From sequence record NC_010152.1: DNA of 39,577 bases; one strand, 5' to 3'. A program made the position numbers and the translations under genes. Below the pieces are notes generated by a model. It saw nothing but the letters and a program-made list of their open reading frames with translations. It was not told where the DNA came from and made no database searches. This document shows, piece after piece, positions 8,632-16,421 of the stretch (positions are counted from its first letter, which is position 1; every line of letters begins with the position of its first letter).

Positions 8632-8892
8632 TTATTCATTTCCCCATATCATGAGACCTAAATCCTTGGGGGACAATTCTTTTAATTCTCTAAAACTCTC
8701 AACTCCGAAATTTTCAATATATTCTTTTGTATCGTCAATATACCATCCGTTTTTGTCCTGGAATATGATCTTGATTCTCTTGCTATCCTCTTCATCCTGG
8801 AATATCTTAGCAACCTCTTCTAATTTGTTTTCGTCATTAAATTTATAAATTATTACTTTATTTTTTTCGATTTCTTTTTCATATTTTGCCAT
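8632..8892 (-). CDS. Hypothetical protein (86 aa), anti-defence candidate
   Basis: Own promoter (AAGATATATATA), GAGGGA SD, T-rich terminator. Confidence 0.8.
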   Translation of the reverse strand: MAKYEKEIEKNKVIIYKFNDENKLEEVAKIFQDEEDSKRIKIIFQDKNGWYIDDTKEYIENFGVESFRELKELSPKDLGLMIWGNE

Positions 8893-9081
8893 TTCTTCTT
8901 CCCTCTTATTATATTTCTGATCCCCCCTATATATATCTTATTATGATTAGATTACCGACACTCTGAATATTTATCTCAAGAAGATGAGAAAATAGTGGAA
9001 ATCGATAAATATTTTTAGCAGATAAAGATAGTAAAAATATCTGAAAAGTGAAAAAAATGGTAAATAAAAAATAGAATAACT

Positions 9082-9570
9082 TTACCTGAAGTGTTTTAGA
9101 TCGTAGAGTTTGTAACATGCTAACTCGATTTCTCTGTCTCTGCATTCTTCTTTGTACATTTGTATTTTTACCGATAGCTTCTCTCTCCATAGATATTTTA
9201 GTAATTCCTTAATAAAAATTTCTTCCAGTTTCCAGTTTGTGTAGCAATGCTCTTCTTGGCACTTACATTCTTTAAAGATCATTTCTAGAAACATTTTGTT
9301 CTGTATAGTTTCTAATAATCGTAAATTGTAGTTCCAAAATTCAACGGTGAAATCAGTTACATGAAAGTCAAATTCTATTGTTTTTCTTTCTGCAAGTTTG
9401 TCGTCAATCCATAGATAATCCATCACTCTTACCGTTATTTCATTTCCATATTCTTTTGGTCTTCTTGGTATTGATATTGCGACTTCTTTTTCTAAGAATT
9501 TACCTTGCCACCCAGATAAAAAAATATTTGTCTCAAAATTATTTTTTGAAATTGAAGTTACATACCTCAT
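9082..9570 (-). CDS. Hypothetical protein (162 aa), anti-defence candidate
   Basis: Own promoter (CAAAAAGACTTATATATCC) and GGGGGA SD. Confidence 0.8.
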   Translation of the reverse strand: MRYVTSISKNNFETNIFLSGWQGKFLEKEVAISIPRRPKEYGNEITVRVMDYLWIDDKLAERKTIEFDFHVTDFTVEFWNYNLRLLETIQNKMFLEMIFKECKCQEEHCYTNWKLEEIFIKELLKYLWREKLSVKIQMYKEECRDREIELACYKLYDLKHFR

Positions 9571-9606
9571 AGTATCCCCCTTTTAATTATTATATTTTGG
9601 GAAAAT

Positions 9607-9626
9607 GGATATATAAGTCTTTTTGC
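9607..9626 (-). promoter_or_regulatory. Early-type promoter of ORF162
   Basis: GCAAAAAGACTTATATATCC. Confidence 0.8.
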
Positions 9627-9700
9627 GATACTTTACGCCGTTTTGCTTCTTATTATTGAGACTTTCTTCTTTTATAGTATTACTATGTAATTGTCTAATT

Positions 9701-9853
9701 ATGAGTCTAGAATATGAAATTCTAAAAGTTGAGTGTAAAGAGAAAAATTGCTTTGTAACCGTCAAACTAATAAGAAATGGTACAATAGAGATTTTCAATT
9801 CTGTACCAATTGAAAATATAAATAAACTGATAGAGAATTTCTCATTTTTTTAG
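9701..9853 (+). CDS. Small hypothetical protein (50 aa, MSLEYEIL...)
   Basis: Internal ATG of the tracked ORF 9623-9853, with TTTTATA ~25 nt upstream (leaderless). Confidence 0.5.
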   Translation: MSLEYEILKVECKEKNCFVTVKLIRNGTIEIFNSVPIENINKLIENFSFF

Positions 9854-9943
9854 TCGAAAAATAATTTTTGATTCTGTATAATACCAAATTGGTTTTCAAT
9901 TTCACTTTCTATGTGTGTAGGAAAAAGTTTACATTCACATTAT

Positions 9944-10270
9944 CAAAATTTTACTAGTTGAGCTTATACCTTATTAGTCTAGTTTACGCTTAGCATTTTT
10001 GAAATGTAGTTAATACCCGCATTTTTTATTTCAAGAAGAGAGATCAATTAACGTTTGTCTGCACAAAATTCTACTATCCTGATTTATACTTTACTAGTCA
10101 AGTTTAAATTGTAAACCAGGCGGGAAAGTCTTGTAATTGTCAAGTTTGAACTATAATAAAAGAATTGAGAGGATTAGGAAATTGTGAAGAAGAATGAAAA
10201 CAATTAACGTTTGTCCGCACAAAAATCTACTAGACTTACTTATACTTTACTATTCAGATATACGCTTAGC
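9944..10270 (+). repeat. Three degenerate direct repeats in a non-coding region
   Basis: 10045-10101 and 10201-10257 share CAATTAACGTTTGTC(T/C)GCACAAAA(T/A)TCTACTA...TTATACTTTACTA. 9944-9994 is a partial copy ending in TACGCTTAGC, as does 10261-10270. Confidence 0.85.
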
Positions 10271-10309
10271 TGATTTACAATTAATATAGAAATTTTATTA
10301 CAAAAATTT

Positions 10310-10390
10310 GAAAAATTACTTGAAAACTGAGAAAATACCCTAATTTGAGGCATCTTCTTACTCTAGAACAAAGTTTTCAAGTAATTTTTC
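10310..10390. repeat. Perfect 19-bp inverted repeat with a 43-bp spacer
   Basis: GAAAAATTACTTGAAAACT (10310-10328) and AGTTTTCAAGTAATTTTTC (10372-10390). Confidence 0.9.
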
Positions 10391-10900
10391 TATTGTATGT
10401 AATATATTTTGTAAAGTGTAATAAAGTGATCTTAATGTGGAGAAAAAGATATATAAGCTTATTATTCAATATGTATAATAGTGAAGGCTATGGAAGGGGA
10501 AAGTGTGATTCAGAGAATTGAGAAAACACATGAGATGGTAAAAAAACTAATAGAATTAGAGAGTCAACAGGAGGACATATGCATACAAATCTATCAAATG
10601 ATTGAACAATATGAGGATACGTTGTTACATGAAAAGGGAAGAGAAAAGTTTTTACAAATGAGAACTGAAATTCATAGTTTGTGTATGAATGCGCACAGGT
10701 CTCTGTTTCAATTAAAGCATGTATTTGCCGATTTGCTTTACGAAAGTTAATTCCCTTTTTTTTATTTGTTATTCATTCTTGATGAAGAGAATGGAACAGC
10801 ATGTATTATTTATAAATTATATAAGCAATTTTTCTATTGTATTTAATATATTTTGTAAAGTGCAATAAAGCGATCTAATTCTAGAGAAAAAGATATATAA
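10379..10900 (+). repeat. Duplicated 78-bp upstream/promoter block
   Basis: 10379-10456 versus 10823-10900: 70/78 identical, both ending in GAGAAAAAGATATATAA. Confidence 0.9.
10490..10750 (+). CDS. Helical hypothetical protein (86 aa), paralog A
   Basis: ATG chosen from the promoter and SD spacing; C-terminal CxxxxxxLFxL..VF.D.LY motif shared with the next ORF. Confidence 0.8.
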   Translation: MEGESVIQRIEKTHEMVKKLIELESQQEDICIQIYQMIEQYEDTLLHEKGREKFLQMRTEIHSLCMNAHRSLFQLKHVFADLLYES

Positions 10901-10933
10901 ATGTTTAAGGTAATATGTATAGTAGGGGAAAGT

Positions 10934-11188
10934 ATGGAAGAAGTAAATATATCTAAAAAAGTAACAATGGAAGAAACAAGAAAGCAATTGTTGAAAGAAC
11001 TTGAAGTATTAGAAAAGGTAAACGAAATTTTGAATAACATAGACAAAATAATGGCAGAGTTGGGCGATATATGCTATTCGGCAAGAGAATTAATGCCCCA
11101 GGTCAGAAAGGATCTAATAGGACAGTGTTCTGAGATTCAGAAAAAATTGTACAAACTGTATGACATAATTTCTGATACAGTATATTAA
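10934..11188 (+). CDS. Helical hypothetical protein (84 aa), paralog B
   Basis: ATG after AGGGGA; same upstream block as paralog A; QCSEIQKKLYKLYDIISDTVY. Confidence 0.8.
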   Translation: MEEVNISKKVTMEETRKQLLKELEVLEKVNEILNNIDKIMAELGDICYSARELMPQVRKDLIGQCSEIQKKLYKLYDIISDTVY

Positions 11189-11219
11189 AGTCAATTCTCT
11201 TTTTTTTATTCTTCTTTCG

Positions 11220-11349
11220 TTCTTGATGGAGAGAATTCTGAGTTATACTATAATTCATATATTATATATATGAATTATGTGTTTTCTCTTATTCTTGATG
11301 GAGAGAATGGTGTGGTATGCATTATACCTATATTATATATAGGTATAAT
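11220..11349 (+). repeat. Two 72-bp-spaced units, each a TTCTTGATGGAGAGAAT 17-mer plus a 13-bp-arm palindrome
   Basis: 17-mers at 11220-11236 and 11292-11308, with a 1-mismatch copy at 10776-10792. Palindromes at 11250-11278 and 11321-11349, both with a TAT loop. Confidence 0.85.
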
Positions 11350-11381
11350 AGTGTGTATAAAAAGTTCATATAAAAACAAAA

Positions 11382-13076
11382 TTATCTTGATTCGGAAATT
11401 ATTCCATTGTATTCCTTAAAAATGAAGTTGTATCTCTGTGAAAACTGTCTCTGAAATATCTGATGATCATAAGCAATATCCAGTATTATCCCTTTTTCTT
11501 TGTCTTTTGCAGGGCGCATTACTCTTCCTACTCTTTGCACTAGTTTTATTCTACTTTTTCCCTGAGATAGTAATACTATTAGGCGTAGATTTGGTATATC
11601 TAAACCTTCATCCGCTAATGATGTCGCTATTAACGTTTGAATCTTTCCGTTTTTCAGGTTTTCTATTTTTCTCATTCTCTCTTCTAATTTTGTCATTGAT
11701 GTAACAAAGTCTGATGATATTCCATTTTCATTGAGCATTTCTGATAATTTTTTGGCAGTTGATATTCTCCTTACAATTACTAGAGCAGGATATGCATTAA
11801 TTGATTTTATTTTCTGAATGATTTGCATATTTGTACCAGGAGAATTCTCAAATAATCTTAGCAATAATGAATAGTATTTCGCAAATTCCATTTTCTCTTT
11901 TTCTTTTTCTAATCTCTTTATTTTTTCTTTCAGTTTTTTCGGAATTTCTGGTATGAACGGAATATATTCTAGGGGCACTAAGTAATGATTTCTTACTAAT
12001 TCCTGATAATTAATGGAATAAGATATTCTTCCTAATAATCCATTAATTTCTAAATCTTTTCCATCCTCCCTGAAAGGAGTGGCAGTGAGTCCTAAACGTA
12101 TTGAACCTGGTGAATCTAACAACAAAGCTTTTATCGAATTGGCAGGTGTGTGATGTGCTTCATCAACTATTATCAGGTCCGCATTATTAACAATGTCTCT
12201 GAGTTCATTGTATTTATTACGCTTTTTCTGTGAGTAATAATAAGATATTGAGAGCGCTATCAAATTTGAATCCTTTTCTTTTTTCAGTTCATTTAGCTCT
12301 CCTGAAACTATTGCAAAGTTCAAATCTTCCTTTTTGGCAAATTGTTGAAATTGTTTTAGTAATGTCGTTGAATTTACTGCGTAAATAATTTTCGGATTTC
12401 TTTTATTCTTTAGCATTTCTAACGTTGCTAATATAGAAATCACAGATTTTCCCGCCCCTGTTGGCGCCTTTATTATTCCTTCACCAATTATATTAACATC
12501 ATTGATCCATGACTTTATCGAATTTATCTGATATTCTCTTAACTCAAAGTTTTTCAATGTGATATCATGATATTGTAAATTGGTAAAGGGTTGTAATCTT
12601 ATTTCGCTAATGTTTAGCAGTTTCCAGTACAATCCTCTATAAGTTGTGAAGTAATCGTAATGTTCCCAGGCTAGTAGTATCTCTTCTTCATTATATTCCC
12701 CTTTCTGATGGTCGAATTTCTTTAGTTTATATGATAACATTTTTTTGTATTTTTCTAAGTCATCGTAAACATAAATATAATTTCCTCTAATTTTCGCATA
12801 TATAATTTCTTTCTCACTGTTGGTATAAGGCAATAAGATTTTGTAAATTTCCTCATCTACATATTGTGACAGAAAGTCAGCAATTTTTCGTAATTCTTCT
12901 TTTGGTAACTTAGATATTTTGAACTCATTGAGGTACCAGACTCTATCTTCAGGACTGAAATCAGCGATAGATTTTACTGTCAAGAGATATTCTCTAAATT
13001 CGTCTTTCTGCAAATATCTTTTTGGTTTCGGGATCGCAATTTTATTATTTTGCTGAAACATATTATCCACACTCAT
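11382..13076 (-). CDS. SF2 helicase, XPB/Rad25(SSL2)-like (564 aa)
   Basis: LREYQ, APTGAGKS, DEAHH, LGLTATPFREDG, ADEGLDIP, QRVGRVMR. Confidence 0.95.
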   Translation of the reverse strand: MSVDNMFQQNNKIAIPKPKRYLQKDEFREYLLTVKSIADFSPEDRVWYLNEFKISKLPKEELRKIADFLSQYVDEEIYKILLPYTNSEKEIIYAKIRGNYIYVYDDLEKYKKMLSYKLKKFDHQKGEYNEEEILLAWEHYDYFTTYRGLYWKLLNISEIRLQPFTNLQYHDITLKNFELREYQINSIKSWINDVNIIGEGIIKAPTGAGKSVISILATLEMLKNKRNPKIIYAVNSTTLLKQFQQFAKKEDLNFAIVSGELNELKKEKDSNLIALSISYYYSQKKRNKYNELRDIVNNADLIIVDEAHHTPANSIKALLLDSPGSIRLGLTATPFREDGKDLEINGLLGRISYSINYQELVRNHYLVPLEYIPFIPEIPKKLKEKIKRLEKEKEKMEFAKYYSLLLRLFENSPGTNMQIIQKIKSINAYPALVIVRRISTAKKLSEMLNENGISSDFVTSMTKLEERMRKIENLKNGKIQTLIATSLADEGLDIPNLRLIVLLSQGKSRIKLVQRVGRVMRPAKDKEKGIILDIAYDHQIFQRQFSQRYNFIFKEYNGIISESR

Positions 13077-13151
13077 GTTAATATTATATAAGGAAAAAGG
13101 CTATATAAACATTACACATGAAAATGTACAGAAAGAGAAATAAAAAAAGAA

Positions 13152-14156
13152 TTAGAATTCAAAAATCTTCGTATTTTCATCTAATTGATAAACATACTTG
13201 TATAGGCTTTTTATCTTCCAGTACCTCATGAAATTGGAAATTCTAATGCACCACATTTCGTTTTTGTAGTCTATTCCGCATAGCGCAGAGAATGCAATAT
13301 CATCCACGCCAAATGTTATAATTTTGAAAATTATTTGGTTAACGTTGTCGTAATCGTAATCGACGACAGTAAAGTTTTGAATTCTTCTAATCCCTTGCAA
13401 ACTCAGCCTTTCTCTATTAAATTTGTAAACAGGAGAAAGGAAATACTGAATATAGATAATGTCACTTAGCTTTAACCTGTCTTTCAGTATTGTTTCTGGG
13501 AGTATTTTGAATTCTTCTCTTTCTGCAATTTTCTTATTTAGCAACATTTTTAGAATGGAATAGCTAATTTTTCTGTTTCTAATCGCTATTCTGAGTGGAG
13601 TTGGTAGTTTCCCAAACCTCGTTACGTAGTATTTTCTTCCTTTGTTGTTTATTTTTAGTAACGCCAGGTATTTCCCATTTATCTGAATCCTGGAAAAGTT
13701 AATTGAATTGGCAATTTCTCTCTCGTCATTTGTTAATTTGAATTTTGCGTTAATTATTGCATTTACTCTTCTAGGAAATGTGTTAATACTGAATTTCCTC
13801 TCACCCATATTAATTTTTATATCAACGTATTTTATCCAGAAACTTAGAAACTCTTCAAATATTCTATTTAGAATAAATGCTATATGTATATCTTCAATTT
13901 TGTTAACGTCGTCAAATGTTATATCTATTTCGTCTCCTTTTCTTTTCACTACAATTTCGTAATTATAAACCCAAATTCTCATGATTCCAGTAATGTATTT
14001 TCTCAAATAAAATTTGAAATCCTTTAAATGATAATTGTATTCCGCTACGTAAAATTCGTCTTCAAATTTATCCCAATTTTCGATAATGTCTTCTAATTTT
14101 GGAATTTCTTTCAGTAAAATGTATCCTTTTCTTTTTGCTACTTTTTCTCCTTGCAT
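13152..14156 (-). CDS. Hypothetical protein (~334 aa), C-terminus DUF6745-like
   Basis: Long ORF; ATG after GGGGTGG; C-terminal CGID..EMWCIRI...YVYQL. Confidence 0.75.
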   Translation of the reverse strand: MQGEKVAKRKGYILLKEIPKLEDIIENWDKFEDEFYVAEYNYHLKDFKFYLRKYITGIMRIWVYNYEIVVKRKGDEIDITFDDVNKIEDIHIAFILNRIFEEFLSFWIKYVDIKINMGERKFSINTFPRRVNAIINAKFKLTNDEREIANSINFSRIQINGKYLALLKINNKGRKYYVTRFGKLPTPLRIAIRNRKISYSILKMLLNKKIAEREEFKILPETILKDRLKLSDIIYIQYFLSPVYKFNRERLSLQGIRRIQNFTVVDYDYDNVNQIIFKIITFGVDDIAFSALCGIDYKNEMWCIRISNFMRYWKIKSLYKYVYQLDENTKIFEF

Positions 14157-14186
14157 ACTATTTGCCACCCCCTATATTATCTTACA

Positions 14187-14203
14187 CAGAAAAGCTTATA
14201 AAT
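14187..14203. promoter_or_regulatory. Bidirectional promoter between ORF334 and ORF122
   Basis: CAGAAAAGCTTATAAAT between divergent starts. Confidence 0.65.
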
Positions 14204-14235
14204 TTGTGTTACTACATTTATACTAGGGAAAGCAA

Positions 14236-14604
14236 ATGCAAGCAGTCCAAGTAGAGAAGGAAAAGCCGGAAATGAACCAAAACATGAATTTTTTAGCATC
14301 GTCAGTCTACGAAACCCACGACTTGAGAGACAAGATAAAGCCTGGGCAAAAGTTCGTTATTAGGCAGGGCGATTTAATAATCGCAAATTACTCTATAGAC
14401 TATCCAAGAAGGCACGGATTACGTTCTGTAAGTCCAGTCACAGAGAACATAAACGGAAGGTTAATTGATGTATTCAGGGATTCCCACTTTATTCTACATA
14501 CTGAAGAGTTTATGTCAATCTATCATTCCGAACACGGATTAGTGATAATACCAGCAAAGGGACAAAGGTTTAGCTACTACGTTATCAATGAAGCGATTGA
14601 TTGA
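14236..14604 (+). CDS. RQGD...HxEH-type small protein (122 aa)
   Basis: IRQGDLII and IYHSEHGLVIIP motifs. Confidence 0.75.
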   Translation: MQAVQVEKEKPEMNQNMNFLASSVYETHDLRDKIKPGQKFVIRQGDLIIANYSIDYPRRHGLRSVSPVTENINGRLIDVFRDSHFILHTEEFMSIYHSEHGLVIIPAKGQRFSYYVINEAID

Positions 14605-14638
14605 AAAGTTTATATATTTTTTTCTCCTACTTTTTCTT

Positions 14639-14914
14639 ATGACATACACTCTATACATTTCAAGACGGAATTTCCCTAGGTTGGATTCGCTGTGCAAGGA
14701 ATATTCGTCGTATAGGGAGTGCATTCTGAAATTGGTCGAGAAGAAATACGGGGTCAGGTTTGAGAAAAGGTTCAATCATCATAAAAGGACGAAGACGGGG
14801 CAGTCATTGTGTCTTCACCTTTATAACGATGAAGTAGAAGTCCTGAAGAAGATAGCGGAACAGGAAGGAACGACAGTCCGAAAATTAGTCCTTAGCCTTC
14901 TTGGAATTGAATAA
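14639..14914 (+). CDS. Double ribbon-helix-helix regulator (91 aa)
   Basis: Leaderless ATG ~25 nt after GAAAAGTTTATATA; SLCLHL..EVEVLKKIAEQEGTTVRKLV is an RHH pattern. Confidence 0.75.
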   Translation: MTYTLYISRRNFPRLDSLCKEYSSYRECILKLVEKKYGVRFEKRFNHHKRTKTGQSLCLHLYNDEVEVLKKIAEQEGTTVRKLVLSLLGIE

Positions 14915-15352
14915 TGGATCGAACAATCTGTAGGGATAGTGGTAAAAGGATTCTGGATATTTTTTATACACGTACTTTAGAATTTTATCTGTGCTTTTTC
15001 TTACCCATTTCTTAAAGAATTTCATGATCTCCTCGTCGCTCTCATTGGGCGTGAATTCACTCTTCAGTATGTATCTTCGTCTATACGCTATTACGAAACC
15101 TGTGAAGACGTCTCTAACTCCCCTAGCCTTCTCTTCAATTTCGCCCATTTCAACTAGCTTATTCACGTAATCTTGTAGCAGATCTGATGACGGTCCGAAA
15201 ATGAATGGTTTGAAGTCAAGTCCTAAATCGATCCCTTTCTCTTTCTCCAGAAGAAAGAATATCTTCTGCAGTTTAGTTGGTGTTACCCTTGCTTTTTCTT
15301 GTTTTGCGACGTATAACAACAGCTTGATCAAGTAGTACACTCTGTCGTCCAA
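14885..15352 (-). CDS. Panacea/SocA-like (DUF4065/YwgA) wHTH antitoxin-domain protein (155 aa)
   Basis: TPTKLQKIFFLL...FKPFIFGPSS and LKYVYKKYP. TTG start with a GGTG SD, co-oriented with avtR. Confidence 0.75.
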   Translation of the reverse strand: MDDRVYYLIKLLLYVAKQEKARVTPTKLQKIFFLLEKEKGIDLGLDFKPFIFGPSSDLLQDYVNKLVEMGEIEEKARGVRDVFTGFVIAYRRRYILKSEFTPNESDEEIMKFFKKWVRKSTDKILKYVYKKYPESFYHYPYRLFDPLFNSKKAKD

Positions 15353-15355
15353 GTG

Positions 15356-15658
15356 TTACACCGTTATCATTATCATTTCCTTTAAAAATCTGTTGAGGGT
15401 AGTCCCTCTCTTTTTCAGCTCTAGTTTGACTAGTATCTCATTCCTTTTCTCCAGTTTGCAGTTTATCCTATAGTATTTTTTCCCGTTGACGATAATGTAG
15501 CTTCCTTCCAAATCCTGTCTCTTATAGTCTCTAGTTCTGTCCTCAATCCCAAAGTACTCCTTCAATATTTTCCTAATTACTGCCGGTACACTAGTACCTT
15601 CTTCTTTTGCTTTCTTCTTCAGAAATTCGTAAACTTCTTCTTCTACTGTTACCATCAT
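15356..15658 (-). CDS. avtR: AvtR transcription regulator (two RHH motifs, 100 aa)
   Basis: MVTVEEEVYEFLKKKAKEEGTSVPAVIRKIL plus a second RHH; size and divergent RHH neighbour match AFV6 AvtR as I recall it. Confidence 0.85.
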   Translation of the reverse strand: MMVTVEEEVYEFLKKKAKEEGTSVPAVIRKILKEYFGIEDRTRDYKRQDLEGSYIIVNGKKYYRINCKLEKRNEILVKLELKKRGTTLNRFLKEMIMITV

Positions 15659-15743
15659 GTTACATCATGACAATTATTTGTAGTGCAATATTTAAACCTT
15701 TCTTTTAAGTTAAATTTAAAAATGTGCTATCATAAAGTTTCTT
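15659..15743. promoter_or_regulatory. Divergent promoter region between avtR and the next RHH gene
   Basis: GAAAGGTTTAAATA on the minus strand and AAATTTAAAA on the plus strand. Confidence 0.75.
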
Positions 15744-16034
15744 ATGGAGCTTGTTAAGATTTCCGTAAGGTTTAATCAAAAGTTGAAACTTATTTTTGAT
15801 AACATAAAACCACGAGATAAGACTAACGACGGGTTTTTGCGTGAGCTTTTTAACGAATGTAGTGACGTCGTCGAGAAGGTGAGTTACGATCTAGGTGAGA
15901 ATTTGAGACCATATTGCCTGAGGTTGTCTCCAGAACTAGTAAAGAGTCTTGACGGTCTAGGCGAGAAGCTAGGTCTGTCTAGGTCAGAAGTCATACGCCG
16001 ATTGATTTATGCGAGGGCGAAGAAATTGTGCTAA
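15744..16034 (+). CDS. Double RHH regulator (96 aa)
   Basis: YCLRLSPELVKSLDGLGEKLGLSRSEVIRRLI. Confidence 0.85.
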   Translation: MELVKISVRFNQKLKLIFDNIKPRDKTNDGFLRELFNECSDVVEKVSYDLGENLRPYCLRLSPELVKSLDGLGEKLGLSRSEVIRRLIYARAKKLC

Positions 16035-16421
16035 TTGCACAGGTGGTGAAGCCTGGGTTCTACATTGACTATAAGGTGAGGAGCCTTGAAGACATCCCCT
16101 GGTACTTCGTCCACTTCGTCAAGACAATCGGAGAAGAGAAGTACGGAACAAACAATATGTGTTACATTATCCTTCGATTACGACGAGTGGAGCCACCCAA
16201 TCTTCGTGGAGGGGACTATTTGCGAACCATTACAGGAGGGGAGAGAGAAGGAGCAGGTGAGGGAAATGGTAGAAGAGCTGGAGGATCAGATCCTGGATTT
16301 GTTTGGAGTGCAAATTCTTCCCTTGTTAACAGACGAGGGGATTTGGTATGGTGGTGCTCCCGGGAGAAGGATTATATGGTACCATCGTTATCCTTCGGAC
16401 GGGAGGGAGTATACGTGGTAG
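16028..16421 (+). pseudogene. Apparently frameshifted ~130-aa gene (frame 0 to ~16148, then +1 frame to TAG 16421), or read as part of ORF267
   Basis: The +1 frame (QTICVTLSFDY...EMVEELEDQILDLFG...) is protein-like, while frame 0 over the same DNA is G/R-rich. The TAG overlaps the next GTG. Confidence 0.5.

Noticed and set aside
8927-9190. 87-aa minus-strand ORF overlapping ORF162
   Set aside because: Out of frame within ORF162 and running through its terminator; no SD or promoter.
8105-9570. Assignment of the small acidic ORFs to AcrID1
   Set aside because: They do not match the AcrID1 sequence as I recall it; kept as unnamed candidates.
9944-11308. Possible mini-CRISPR array or repeat-mimic RNA (AATCTACTA and AGAATTGAGAG resemble parts of Sulfolobales repeats)
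   Set aside because: There are no regularly spaced identical 24-25-bp repeats with ~35-45-bp spacers. The matches are short and AT-rich, so chance is likely.
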